Assembly (NCBI GenBank): GCA_964106645.2
Contig: OZ067038.1
Strand: one strand, 5' to 3'
DNA: 64,000 bases
Origin: Podarcis pityusensis
Lineage: Eukaryota
Below the pieces are notes generated by a model. It was not told the origin of the DNA and did no database searches. It saw only the letters and a program-made list of their open reading frames with translations. This document shows positions 26,425-39,977 of the stretch, piece after piece (positions within the stretch are counted from its first letter, which is position 1; each line of letters starts with the position of its first letter). The translations under genes and the position numbers were made by a program.

Positions 26425-26785
26425 AGGGTCAATGGTAGAGCATATGCCTTGTATGCAGACGGTCCCAGGTTCAATCCCCAGCAGGAGATATTCCGGCCTG
26501 AAACTCTAGAGATTCGCTCCCAGTTAGTGTAGACCACTGGTCTTTAACTGGTGAATTGGGACCCACTAGTGGGTCACGGCCTGATCCAAAGTGGGTTGTA
26601 ACAGGAGACAGGATCACTACCACCATGCAAATATATGGCAAAATGAATGTTTGGGTTAAAAGGGTTCCAGGGTCTGAAAAGGTTGAAGATACCTAGTGAG
26701 CTATATGGACCAATACTGAGCTATATGGACCAATACTGAGCTATATGGACCAATGGTATGACTCAGTATAAGACAGCTTCCTAGT
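26425..26785 (+). mobile_element. tRNA-derived squamate SINE (Squam3-like) interrupted by a decayed hAT MITE (~26535-26695)
   Basis: Head GGTAGAGCATATGCCTTGTATGCAGACGGTCCCAGGTTCAATCCC and tail TGACTCAGTATAAGACAGCTTCCTA. Related copies at 1092-1180, 3175-3365 and 48611-48858. Confidence 0.7.
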
Positions 26786-28392
26786 TGCCACTACTGTGGT
26801 TTTTGTCAAGTTACCCAGCAATCTGTAGTAACAATCCATTTCATAACTTAGATGTCCTGTACAGAGAATTTATTGGTTTTCTGGTTCTACAGAGAAACCC
26901 AAAGTTATACTTGATCCCCTTTTTCAAACACTGGTACTATACTTCCCCACACCATCAGTTACCATAGCATGTTTCTGCTGTAAGACCAATATATTTTTGT
27001 GCCTGAGATGGTCACTCCAAATGGCTCCCCTCTCTATTAAAGAAAAAACCCATGGTAAAATCAGCTATCAATTTCTGTCTCTTTTCAGAGCTCAGCATCT
27101 GCTGACAGAGACAGGTTTCCCCTCTTGTAACTCAAGGCAGAGGTAAACCTTAAGCTTTAGTTCACAATAACATAAGAAGGGTCCTGCTGAATTAGAAGGA
27201 GGCTCATCTGGTCCAGTGTTCCATCTACCAGGTGCCTATGGGGGAAGCCTCACTAACAGGACATTAGTACGATAGCACTCTACAGCTCACGTTGCTCAGT
27301 TCACTCACTGTTGACTTCTCAAGTGAATTCAGTGGGAATGTTTGGGACAAGAATCAACACAAACAAAACTGCCCAAGCTGCAGTGGCTTGCAAATCTCCT
27401 AATGGAATGCTTTAAGCCCATTACAACACTGTCTAGAAATGTTTCCTTTTATAAATGTGCTTATTCGTATCAATGGTATACTGCAAAAAAGTAAACTTCT
27501 TTTGCATGTGCCAGAACAGGATTCTAATGGGATTCTAATATTATACCATTATAACATCCCAACCTTTTTCTGAACAGAAACGTTATGCCAAAATAGAAGT
27601 CTCAGCTAATTAAAATACACACATAGCGGGAACTTTAGCAAGATGAAATATTAATGTCTGTGGCATGTTATATCTCTATCTCCCACTGCTATTTTGTTCT
27701 TGCTGTAACACATGGGCAGTACAGTACAATCATGTATTGCTGGGGCCCAGACATGTTATGAGGCACCCTGCCAAGAGTCAACACTATTATCTTGATTCTC
27801 ATGCAAGGCATGTCCCTGGGGAACTCAGAGATGGCATACAATGCCTTTGACCTTGCCAAGCCATGAGCCGAGTGTTTTAACTCTTTTTAATACTGAATTT
27901 TAAACTGTTGTAACCCACTCTGGGCCCTGCTGGAGAAGGGCAAGTAACAAATTTAACCACCACCACCATCCTACCCAGCCCACCTTGGAAAAGGGCCATG
28001 GTGCACTCTGATTTTTAATTTGCACCTGATGCATTCTTACTTGGATTGCAGTCTTTTAAAAAAGAATAATATGAAAGCTTTTTATAATACAACAAACTAA
28101 AAGAAACTGATCTAAATAAAATCAAAAGCAGAGAAGAAAAAAGAAAATGCAAAGTCCTCTCTCAATGGTAGCTATTAATTCTCGCCTCACACAGAAAGTG
28201 GTGGACCCTCCTAGCTCTCACCTAGGAGCTTTCCTTTCTTCTCCCAGTCTCTCACCCTGGGAGGTCTTCCCTTTCCTGCCTCTCACTCAGGATCTGGGTC
28301 CTTCCACTAACCATCTACCAACTTCATGTGTGTGTGATCCTTGAACCCTTGCAGTATTTTGTTACTTAAAGTAAACATCACCATGGTTTCAA

Positions 28393-28417
28393 TGCTGCTG
28401 CTGCTGCTGCTGCTGCT
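28393..28417. repeat. (TGC)n microsatellite
   Basis: About 8 units. Confidence 0.9.
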
Positions 28418-31400
28418 AACCTTATAATAGAATTGCAAGTATGTCGCCACACAAACTGCTGCATAGGAATAGAACAGCAGGTGGGTAGCTCATGAGGCCA
28501 GGCGAGTTAGCAAGCTGGCTGCTCAGCTGAGCAGCATGAATGGTGAGTGGCCCATGCAAACCACAGGCTGAGGAATCATCAGGACAGAGCAGGGCAGCCC
28601 CCCACAACCACCCTGCTCTGCTGTCACTGCACACCTCACACCAAGGAGACAGAAGAGGAGGGAAGCAGCAGTAGAGCAGGACCACTGCTATGGAGCTGTC
28701 ACAGCTTGCCTTGCCTGTTCCTCTGCAGCAACCCCTGGGTCACAGTTTGGCTGAGCTGTAAGAGAAGCTAGTATGGCTTGGCCAAGTGGGCAGGCATGTG
28801 AGGAAGGAAATGGAAGCAGGGAGGCAGGTGGGAGCACGGAAACAAAGAGTAGAAAGTCTCTCCTTCAACCTGTCCCCCCTCACGCTGTTGCCATTGCCAC
28901 AGCAGGAGGGGGGACTACATCTCTCCATTCTCTCTGGAATGAATGCTGACCTCCCTTTAAGGCCTTTGGTGATTTTCCTTTTAGCTGCAGCTAGACTAGT
29001 ATACTACAGGATAGAAGGATGCTTCTGTTATTAATGTGAACTGCTGTTATAAGAAGGCTTTGTTCTTACCTGTCTCAGAAAAAATTAACCCATCATCTTA
29101 TGGTTTTGGAGTGCTAAGCCAATGGACTTTGCTGCCAGTTGAAGGGCTATTGTGACGCACACGAACAAATGACATATGAAACCACTTGTCCCAGTGAAGT
29201 AGTATGACTCCGTTTGACTGATTGGTCCAAATCTTGCCCCCTTTACCCGAACCTGCTTAGCAAGACATTCCTCAGCTCTTCATTTATTGCCTGATGCCTC
29301 TCCCTCTCTACTTTGCACTTCCCTTGCTATTCCACAAAGCCATTTCAGTGACTGTTTTTGTTCTCTTTAGCATGTTTCTTTAGCATGGTAGGGTTGTTAA
29401 GCAATGTGAGTGGGGACACAGTCGATAATAATAGTAACAACAACAACAATAATGTGATTAAGTGTGTGACTGCAGAACTTTATCACTCAGCAAGGTCTTT
29501 CCCATGGCTGCCTAAAACTGAAGAGGTTCTTTCCGTATTTATATTTATTGCTAATAGTACCGATTTACAGTACTTCAGTGAAGTTTTAGGAATGCACCAT
29601 TATTTGCTAATGAAACCACAACCATTTTGAGCACTACATTCATGCTTGCATCATGTTAGCTGCCAACAGTTACACACTGTGAGTTTAAGTTTTCAGTGGG
29701 TAAATGTATTCCCCAGCTAATCTCAATACTAAAATATACTTGTGGTGTAGCTTTAGTGGTGGTTTATTAGCATTTATAGAAAGCATGAGGAACAAGGGGA
29801 AGTTGTTTCACTAGCATGCATGATTTAAAGTTGTGTGCCGGAATCTTCAACCCTCTTGGCTCAACAAACTGCCTAAAGCTGACACTGTTATACTGAGCAA
29901 GTATTGCAAGTGAGTTGTGAACAAACAGCAAGTTACCCAGAGGAAGACCCTTCCTCTTTTGGAGACGAGTTTGTGGGCTGGTGTCTGCAACTGCACAATA
30001 TCCACTTGCGGTGCAGAGACTTTTGTTGTCAAATTGTGCTAATAAAACTTCATCTTGCCTGCCTCCTCAACACACACACCACTTCTTCGTAGCTGGCCCA
30101 TTTTCCCATACACTCAGATGTAAGAGAATGAAAAGGAGATGGCAGGCAAATAAGGAGGCTTCATCTCCACCAGTAATAGGATATAAGTGGGTATATTGCC
30201 AGAACGGTAATTTGGCAAATTAATTAGGCTTGGATTCCTGCTGTCTATTTCAAATATTTAGACATGGTAAGTAGCTGGCAACCAGGACTTGGTGGAGGGA
30301 TGTTCACTGAACAAAATGTGAAATATGAGTCTGGGAGAGCTTGAGTTCAAATCCCAGCTTAGAAATGGATACCAGCAAGGCAACCTTGGAGAAATAATTT
30401 TCTCCAAGTCTCAGATATGTTTTTTCCATTTGTAAAATCACCAGTCTTCACAATATGAGTTAATAAGATGAGTTGATGTAATAATTAATAGTATTATTTG
30501 AAGAAATACAGAAGTGTGCATAGCTGAAGGCGCTTTATCTTAAGGCATATCTTTACTTGAAAGACCAAATATTCTTACTCCTGCTTATGTTGGCAGTGTC
30601 TTGCAGAAATGCAACATGACACTCTCTAACCTTTATGCAAACCTGTTCTTGAAAACTATACCAATTATGCTACAACACCATAGGGCAAGATGCCAGCAGT
30701 TCCTCAGGAAAAAGGAAATCCCTTGCCATCATCACCATTTGCCTGAAACTATCTGAGAACTTTACGCATCAGGATATAAAGTTTACAAATGATTTTGCTA
30801 AAGGAATAGGAGAGGAGATTAAAACACTTCCTGGGCTTTGAGTCAGAATAAATGTGAACTTCCTCCGTGTCTGTAATCTGCAGTACAGCAAAAGGTGGTG
30901 AACATAATGAAATCCCCATATCTTATTATTTCATGGAAGAAAATAGATTCTATACTCATTCCTGACAACAGAATTTTAATCTCTCCTCTTAGAACAAGAA
31001 GAATATATTTAGATTTTTAGAGATAAAAATTAGACCAAGTTTGAAAGCACATGAATGATGCACTGCCACACTACATGCAATACCTTGGCACTAAAAAAAT
31101 TAATTATAATTATTTATAAGTATAATTATTATGTGCCACAGTAAAGAAGAAAGGCAAAGTTACCAATAAATATAAGCAAAACAGCTCTGGAGGTTCTTAA
31201 AGAAGCAACACCAGAAAAAAACACAGTCATTTCCATAGTGGCTGAGACGATTTCTTCTCTTGACTTGAAAGGGGTTACACAAGCTATATCTACATCGAAA
31301 CCAGGAATGGGAAACATGTAACCCTCTGCCCTTCAGATGTTGCTGAACTCCAACTCCCATCAGCATGGCCAATGGTCAGTAATGATGGGAGTTGTAGTCC

Positions 31401-31685
31401 AAAATCTGGAGGGCCACAGATCCCCACCCCCAGTCTACACAGTCTGTGAAAGCTCCCCTTGTAAGAAGTGCTCCTGTTATCTCAACATGGAAATGGCTAG
31501 GCATTCAGCCAGTACTACCTCTTCACTAACTTTTTTTTTAAGTGTCCTCAGTTTAGGAAGACATAGCCAGAGGAAGTAAACAGTTGCGCAAAGAGGTGAA
31601 CCAACATCAGTATGATTTACTAGAGGAAAAACAAACAAACATCTGACTGCAGGATCTCCCTTTAAATCATGGATATCAGCAGGAC

Positions 31686-31832
31686 CAGTGCTTTTTTTCT
31701 GGAAGGACGCAGGGGTATGCATACCCCTAAACATTTTGAGAATCTAGGTTTGGCCTCATTGAGGGACAGTATTTCAATATAATTAGGAAAATGAGAGTAC
31801 CCCTAAACATTTTTTTTAGAAAAAAAGCAGTG
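31686..31832. mobile_element. hAT MITE
   Basis: TIR CAGTGCTTTTTTTCT / AGAAAAAAAGCAGTG; perfect 8-bp TSD AGCAGGAC. Confidence 0.88.
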
Positions 31833-33525
31833 AGCAGGACAATTATGAAATATCAAATGAAAAGCATTTCGATACAACTGAGAAGTCTCTGATCCTTACA
31901 CCAGTTTGATGTCAACACAGTTCCTAATATTGGCTGCTGAAATTAGATTGATCAACTAATCAGGTTGACAATGTTTTTAATAAAATATACTATCTGTTTT
32001 CGTTTGCTTTCAGTTTAATGTGCAGTTGCACAAGTACATACTCCCTTTTGGATAGGAAATTCTTTGTTTTATGTAGTTTAGGATCACACCTGCCCTCTTA
32101 AACAACTGTATGACTGACTGCAAAATGTTAGAGTGCCTCCCTTTACACAGTGTTGTGTTTTTTTTCTTTTTCCTTCTTTTTGTATCACTTTACTGCTTTA
32201 AATTTGAATTTTTCAATAAAATATCAATTAATTAAAAAAAGAAAAAAGGCTGTTTATCTGGGAGTAAGGCTCATACAATTCAGTGAGACTTGCTTTTCAG
32301 TAGACTTGTATAGGATTGTGCTGCATGACTGCAAAACTTTATTTATTTATTTACTCCTATATCATAGAAATCTACCACAGTAGTTTACAACAATATGGGC
32401 AGTTAAATGGGAACAAGACCCACTGAAATCAACAGGACTTTTAGCACAATCTTGTGCATATCTGCTGAAAAGTAACCGTTCATTCCAGTACGTGACTATT
32501 AAGATGTAAGAACCATTGAGTTCAACTGAACTTGCTCTAAAAGAACTGCAGCAGAAAATTGTCCGTATCACTTTTCGATCTTTTTCAATGGATGAATAAT
32601 AAAAACAGTTTGTTTCTAATAAACTAAAGTTTTATGCTTTCTGCAACAGCAAGCCCTATGCAAGATCTCCCCAAACTTCTGAATTATATTGAGACAGTTT
32701 CATAATTATCATGATGCTTCATTAAGTAAAATTAAACCAAGGAAAATGTCAAACACTGTATACATGGGTATCAAGTTGCACTGAAACATTTGAGAAATTT
32801 AAAATGTTATGATACCTTCATAATTATTTTCATTGTTGTATATAACTCTAACCACAACAGTAGAGAGAAATCATATACAGCATTGTTTTCCTATTTAATA
32901 TTGACAGCCTCCTTCTGAGGTGCAAATGACTGCTAACTTCCAAGTATTACCAAATAAGGAAGGAAACAAAACACAATGGGTTCAGGTCACTGCATACAAA
33001 CAACAGCTGAACTTCACGGCAGTTTTTCATATTGGGTGGGGGCATCTTCCTAACAGCATCGTTGTAAACGGACTAGCAGGGAGTGAAACCCCAATGTTTA
33101 GAAACAATTCATTAGGGCAAATATTTCATATGACACAGTCCGACTCAGGGAGGTTAGCATAGTTAACACAGCATTTCCCACCTACGTTCAGACATTAAGC
33201 ATGCCTTTTTAAAAAATAAATAAAATAAAAAGTCTGTAAAAGCAGCAAGACATGACTACATGTGTGAAAGAGGGGTGGGGAGGAAGATTTTACCCTGGCT
33301 AATGAGGTTGGGCTTTAAATTTATTCTATAGACAGAGTATGCCTAATATCCACCCCCCCCAAAAAAAAACCCCAATGATGAGACAGTGCTAAGATGTCTG
33401 AACAACATAACAACAGAAAAGTGTTTATGTGAGCTTTGCAAAAACAAAAGAAAATCCAGAGAGCTCTGTCAGTCAGTGCACTGTTGACGATATTGAGCTC
33501 AATGGACCAAAGCTCTGGATCAGTA

Positions 33526-33778
33526 CAGTCATACCTCGGGTTACAGACACTTCAGGTTGTGCGTTTTCGAGTTGCACACCGCACCGAACCCGGAAGTACG
33601 AGAATGAGTTACTTCCTGGTTTCGGCGCTCGCACATGCGCAGAACCACTAAATCATGCTTTGTGCATGCGCCGACTTGCGACCCGCGTGTGCGCAGACAT
33701 GGCGCTGCAGGTTGCGAATGCTGCGGGTTGCCAACGTGCCTCCTGCATGGATCATGTTTGCAACCCAAGCATCCACTG
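33526..33778 (+). mobile_element. Tigger-like MITE, family C
   Basis: Imperfect TIRs CAGTCATACCTCGGGTT.../...AACCCAAGCATCCACTG, TA on both sides, repeated C(A/G)GGTTGC motif. Confidence 0.78.
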
Positions 33779-34220
33779 TATAAGTGAACTTCATGCTCCT
33801 ATTAGCTGCCCTTCCCTTCATAACCATGCAAGCTTCTCGCTGGAAATGTTTGGTGGTGGCAGCCAGACAAACAAATGCACAATGGGGGCTGACCTCAAGT
33901 GGCTCACTATGTAAATCAGCTATCATGCAGAGGCAGTTTCATGCACCTTCCAAATGATTATATCGTGCTTTAAAAAACCTGAGCGATATGGAGTCAAAAC
34001 CCTTTTGAAGACTCAAATCAGGCCTGCTCACTATCCTGGAAGGCTTACAGAACACTCTCATCGGGAATCTAGAGGAGAACTTTATTGACTCGCTCCAACA
34101 CCAACAGTACAAACAGGATGCTCCTTACTCATCCCAGATGCCACTAACCTCAGCACCACCTAGTGACTAAATCATAAATGACACTATCCACACAGTCACT
34201 ATTAGTCATACGGTCTAAAG

Positions 34221-34403
34221 CAGTGGTTCCTGATTGGTGGTCTGCAGACACCAGAGGATCCGCGTAAATCACCCAGGGGTTCCATGGCACCATTCGCTTA
34301 ACAAAAGCTAACATAGAGATATCAAAAACTGTCAAAAGTAGGTTTGTAGCTTGGCTTTTGAAAAGCAGGGGGTCTGCAGTACTTCACTAATTGGGAACCA
34401 CTG
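34221..34403. mobile_element. hAT-Charlie-type MITE
   Basis: TIR CAGTGGTTCC / GGAACCACTG; TSD GTCTAAAG / GTCCAAAG. Confidence 0.8.
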
Positions 34404-34672
34404 GTCCAAAGAACTGAATCTCTGTGCTTTAGAAATAGTGCCCTATCAGTCTAAACATGGCAAAAAACAACTTGTCTACTATCCTACACAATTAATTTCT
34501 TGAAGTAATTAAAGTTAATGGGGGTTAAGCAGCACAACTGTGTGATGATTGCAGTCAAAGGAAACAAACACAGACAGCAAGAGGAAAAACAAGGCCTACT
34601 TAGAAATCTTATATACAGGGACTGCAAATTTGCCAGAACATTTAACATCATTAAACTACCCATCCCAAACAT

Positions 34673-35021
34673 AAGGTAAAGGGACCCCTGACCATCAGGT
34701 CCAGTCGTGACCGACTCTGGGGCTGCGGCGCTCATCTTGATTTATTGGCCGAGGAGCCAGCGTACAGCTTCCGAGTCATGTGACCAGCATGACTAAGCCG
34801 CTTCTGGCGAACCAGAGCAGCACACGGAAACGCCGTTTACCTTCCCGCCAAAGCGGTACCTATTTATCTACTTGCACTTTGACGTGCTTTCAAACTGCTA
34901 GGTTCACAGGAGCAGGGACCGAGCAACGGGAGCTCACTCCGTTACAGGGATTCGAACCGCCGACCTTCTGATCGGCAAGTCCTAGGTTCTGTGGTTTAAC
35001 CCACAGCGCCACCCGCATCCC
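34673..35021 (-). mobile_element. Sauria SINE
   Basis: Full length; TSD CA(A/G)ACATAAG. Confidence 0.92.
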
Positions 35022-35305
35022 AGACATAAGTCAACGTAATTTTATGAAATAAAGAATTTTTTAAAAGAATATTTTTTAAAGTTAATTTTTCTTTCACAAA
35101 GCTAATTCTCAGGCTAAGAAGTCATATTCTTGGGAATAGTTCAAACTATCAGACCACATTAAAGCATTCTTAATTTAAATTTTCAATCAATATCCTGGGA
35201 TAAAGAGGGTTTGAACATATTAGCATGTTTAGACATTCAGTTCATCCATGTCAAAATTTTCCCATTTGCTTCTTATCTCTGAGATTATGAGAGACCAATG
35301 CACAA

Positions 35306-35726
35306 ATCGGGATGGGCAACTCTGGCAATTTCAATCTCTCTCCATTTGCCATGTTCTCATCTTAATTTGAAACATTTCCACATTAATTTGTATTTAAAAG
35401 AAAAATACGCCTGAAGAGCCATCAGAGTTTTAGGGCAAATTTCTCATAAACGTACATTTTTCTGTGCAGTCTTGCCTAATATACACATTATTGCGAACCA
35501 ATTTCCCCTAATATAATGTTTGTGTATATTATGTGTTTGTGTATATTATCTTCACTAACACATGCATTTTTTAACACATTAGCTGGCTGGAGAACTGCAT
35601 TGCAAAATTCAGGAAAGTGTGAATTTTGAAGGTGGGCTGTGCTTTGGTTCTCAAATTTTTTCAGAATGTGAATTAGGGAATTCCATCTTAAAATGCAATC
35701 CAAAACAATTTTCACTCCCATCCCTA
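35306..35726. mobile_element. Decayed DNA transposon remnant (hAT-Ac-like ends)
   Basis: Inverted ends GGGATGGG / CCCATCCCTA; TSD not recognisable. Confidence 0.45.
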
Positions 35727-36918
35727 TCACAAATGATTTGGTTGTTAGCAATTTTTTCAGCACAGCACTGTTGTATTCATTATCTAATTGGCATGACCTG
35801 TAGTTTATACAACTGTGCTGCTTGTAGATCTTAAATCTACATAGCTCGTTCCCTCAGCAAAGCAGACTACTTTTTTTTCTCTTGACCAACACAAGCTGGG
35901 CTTTCAGTTATGAAAATCAGCTTTTGATTTATTTATTTTTGAACTGGCAAAGGTTAGGTTGACTTAAAGCAGAGCTCACCATAACTTATCCTAGGATTTA
36001 GTTCAGTGCCAGGCTCTGCCCTTGCCATGGAATGCAGTGCCTCTGAAAGTGCGCACTTTGCTTTTCTCTCGGTGCTCAGTCATGGCCATAAGCCCCCACA
36101 ATTTGGGATACGTAGTATGGGCTTACGAATCGCAAGCTCTGGCACCCCTCAGTTTAGAAATTCAATTTCTCTGGCATAAAGCAATGCTCCAAGTTAAAAA
36201 CAAATCAATAAAAGACCTACAACTAGCCATTAGACAAAGTTAATCACCTTTATCTATAACTCTAACTATGGAATAACTATTTTTAAATTCAACATAATCT
36301 TGGTGGATTTAAAGCGTGTGTGTAGTGTGTAAAGCAATCTGCTAAAAGACACAGAGAACCAAAAAGGAAAAAAGGAAACATGAAAAACCAGTGACAGAGA
36401 GCATTTGGGTAAAGGTAAGAAACAGTGTTCAGCAATCAAGAGAGAGAGAAATAGATTGTGAAGAAGAAAATAGACTTCTCTAGTATCTTTTAATAGGCTC
36501 ACTAGACACTTGATAGATAGCACGCACCACTGACAAATACTAAACTGTTGCCCTCTATGGATATTTCCCCTTTTTAGAATTCTGTAAAGAACGCCAAAGT
36601 TACATGGAGCTAGACAAAACATGACATTTAGCAAGCAAGCAAACTATCACACATCTAATAACAGGTTTATCTTTGTGCTATGAAAGTTTTAAGAGAGAAC
36701 ATTTAGCAAACAGAACAGAAGTTACAAGTCACAACAAAAGGTAGCATTCCATATGACTTAACTACTCTTTCTTTCCCTTTTGAACAGTCGTGGATATGTA
36801 CCTGGCCTGAGATCCATGCTAAAAAGCATTTGATACTCCCACCAAAATTCTATGGAGAGCCATTCACTCACAATACCTGTATTTTATGTAAAGTTCACAA
36901 TTTTATTAAAGAAGCTTA

Positions 36919-37060
36919 GTCTGCATAGCTCAGTCAGTACAACATGGGACTCTTAATCCCAGGGTCGGAGGCTTGAGTCCCATGTTGGGTGAAAAATTCT
37001 TGCACTGCAAAGGGTTTGGACTAGATGACCTGCATGGCCCTTTCCAACTCTACAATTCTA
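36919..37060 (+). mobile_element. tRNA-Lys(CTT)-derived SINE with CR1-type tail
   Basis: TAGCTCAGTCAGTACAACATGGGACTCTTAATCCCAGGGTC...GTTGGGTG resembles tRNA-Lys with a damaged T-loop, followed by the CR1-like end GGACTAGATGACC...TTCCAACTCTACAATTCTA. Confidence 0.8.
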
Positions 37061-37406
37061 TAATTTGCAGCAGGGCAAAAAACAGCAGTAGGCTTGAAAT
37101 CTGCATGGAGAACCGAGGACATGCAAATATCCTTATCTCTGGTATTGGTCAACACCATCTAGCTCAGACCTTATCACCTGCTTTAAATTTAAGTGAGGTT
37201 CTGATTGCAGGATCACCATAAAGATGAGTTGAGAGCCCCCCTCTCCAGATTCCCTGCCTCCGCCCACCCACCCAGAGGTGCTCATCCAGCATTCACCAGC
37301 AGGGCAGTTCCTGCATGCTATTTTGCTATTTGAGCTTCTTGCACCTGAAATGAGCTCTCCTCTAGTGGCAGGGCCAGTAAAATGAGCACCTGTAAACAAT
37401 ACTGAA

Positions 37407-37552
37407 GCTACAAACATGAGTCTGACCAAACTGCGGGAGGCAGTGGAAGTCAGGAGTGCCTGGTGTGCTCTGGTCCATGGGGTCACGAAGAGTCGGACAC
37501 GACTAAACGTGTCACGAAGAGTCGGACACGACTAAACGACTAAACAACAACA
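37407..37552 (+). mobile_element. RTE-BovB 3' fragment
   Basis: Matches the 3' end of the 39978 copy; TSD AAACAATACTGAA; internal 28-bp tandem duplication. Confidence 0.92.
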
Positions 37553-39914
37553 AAACAATACTGAAACTAAGCAAGTGTGGACCTGATCAGTCCTGGATGT
37601 AAGACCACTCTAGACCTATATGCATGATGCTCTGAGCTTTCCAGGGAAATAAAAATAGGAAGCAATAATAATAAAAAGAATCAAATACGGTTTGAGGCTA
37701 AAAAGACCTAGAAATATTAGCAGCCATCATGGCATAAATTTGATCCAGTCAATTATAACTGAAACCTTTTATCAATCACCATGGATGGAAAAGCAACAGG
37801 GAATGGTATTTTCTTGGCAAGGGCAGTTTCTAGTGTCTGTGCTTAAGGCTGCACTATTATATACTGTTTTCTAAGGAATCCTCGATGCTGTGAAACACAA
37901 ATACCCTGGAAAAAAGCAATTTCTATGTAAATTGTTGAACAAATACCCAGGCTATTCAGTAAATGTCCTTAAATGGCATCTCATCCCCTGTCTTATGAGA
38001 GAAGGAATCACTCTCATCTTCTGAACACTCAGGAATTTGGAAGGGACACAAAGCATATGGAACAAGGCAGACCCAGCACATTCTTTATACCAGGAAACTA
38101 CCAGATAATTATATCTCAGTAGGGGCCCCAGTTCAAGTCCGGCACAATTTGTGCAGTAATTAATTCAGCCGAAGCAGGGGGTGGGGCAGCTTTCACACAA
38201 AACTAGCCCAGTTTAGGGTAATGGTATGCTTTCTTGTACTATTAAAATATTCCAAAAATAAAGGGCTAGTTTAGGCAGATCATTTGGTATTAATGCAGGT
38301 AGCTCTGACCTTCCTCAGGCACACACTCCTATGGGTAAATGTAATTAGCAATGGGTGGAACCATCCCTTTTATTTTGGTGTTGGGTATCCATGGAAACAC
38401 TGCAGTGGGTCTCTGGTACCTGCAGGGAGGAGGAGGAAGAAGAGGAAAGATTCCTTCTGGATCAGACCAGAAGGTTCAATACCTTCCTTCAGCTTGTGGC
38501 CAATCACATGCCTTTGGGAATCAACAAGCTGCATGTAAAGGCAAAGGCCTTCTTTTGCTGTTGTTCCCCATCACCTGCTAACTCAGTTGTAAATCATGGA
38601 CAAATTTGTTTAATTTTATCCGTGTCAATCAGGGATAGCCAATGCGATGCCCTCCTCCAGATGTTGCTGGACTGCAACTCCCATGATCCATGGCCATTTT
38701 CCACACTGACTTAACCAGGTGAGAGTCGCAGTCCACATCTGGAGGACACACATTGGCTGTCTCTGATGTAGATTATGATAGTTCATAGACAAGCACCATT
38801 ATTTAATGTTATCACTGTGATTAGGTAAAATACAAGATGTACTATGAAAACAAAACTTGCAATTCACATGTTGTGGGGATGTAGCCAATTGAATCCAAAA
38901 CTTAGGTGTGAATGGTATCTCTGCTGGCCTAGTTTTCAAACCTGGATGCTCCCTGAAGCTCTCAACATAGAAGCTTCCAGCATTTTGACCACATGAGTGT
39001 TATTTATAGAAAATTACAGAAGCTTCCTTCCCATATGCTACACATCTGTAAAAGTTTAATAGTTTCCTGTTGTGGTAAGTGAAATGTTTATGCTACAGGG
39101 ATTGTTATATCACACATTTAGGTAAACCTTAATCAAAACCTTAATCAGTGGGGGTGGGACCACTGACTCACAAACACCCCCAAAAAATGTACAGCAAAAC
39201 TCTGGTTACAATTGTGAAACATTTCTCATTGGCCCATATAATTCAATGTATATGTTCTCAATTGTTTACCTTTTAAAAATGAACCCAGCCCGGAGGACTT
39301 TACAGTTTGCGTTTCTTTTATATTTCTGCGCTTACAGCTTAAATTACCATTGACATGGTGTTTTTCTCATTTCCACTGGAAATGCCAGTGGCCAAGCATT
39401 TCACCATCTCCATAGCACAACCCACAACAGAGCTGCTAATACTGGATGACGTTGAACAAACAGCAATTCTCCACTGCCTAGCAATTAAAGCTGATAAGAG
39501 GCCTGTGTTGTTTGGGAATTCTTTTCAGCTCTAGCAGTGAGCTCTGGAATCGCCAGCCACTGAAGGTTTTTATGACATTGCTTTTTTTGAACGCAAGCAG
39601 TCTAGCTAGAGCTGATAAGAGCTTATGTATGCTTGGCTGGTGTTTGCCCATGACCAAGACTGTTGACAGGGGGTTCATTGTTGTGAAAGACAGCAACTAA
39701 TCCCCAAGGACACCCTGGAACATTCCAACACTTTTCACAGAGGTGCTACTTTCTCACTGAATCTGGCATTGCTGTCATTCCACAAGTCTCTTTTCTTTGA
39801 TGGCCGTGTATGTAGTGGGTTAGAGAACAAACAGAAATCATAATAGAACTTGCAGCAAGGTATGTTTTTGATAAATTACACCTAGCTATGAGTTCTGTTG
39901 CTATAGATGTTTGT

Positions 39915-39956
39915 TCACGAAGAGTCGGACACGACTAAACGACTAAACAACAACAA
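39915..39956 (+). mobile_element. RTE-BovB extreme 3' fragment (~42 bp)
   Basis: TCACGAAGAGTCGGACACGACTAAACGACTAAACAACAACAA; no clear TSD. Confidence 0.85.
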
Positions 39957-39977
39957 AAAGCTCCACTGAGCTAACTT

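Noticed and set aside
36919-36991. Apparent tRNA-Lys(CTT) gene
   Set aside because: D-arm and T-loop are damaged, and it continues directly into a CR1-type tail shared with other copies, so it is a SINE head.
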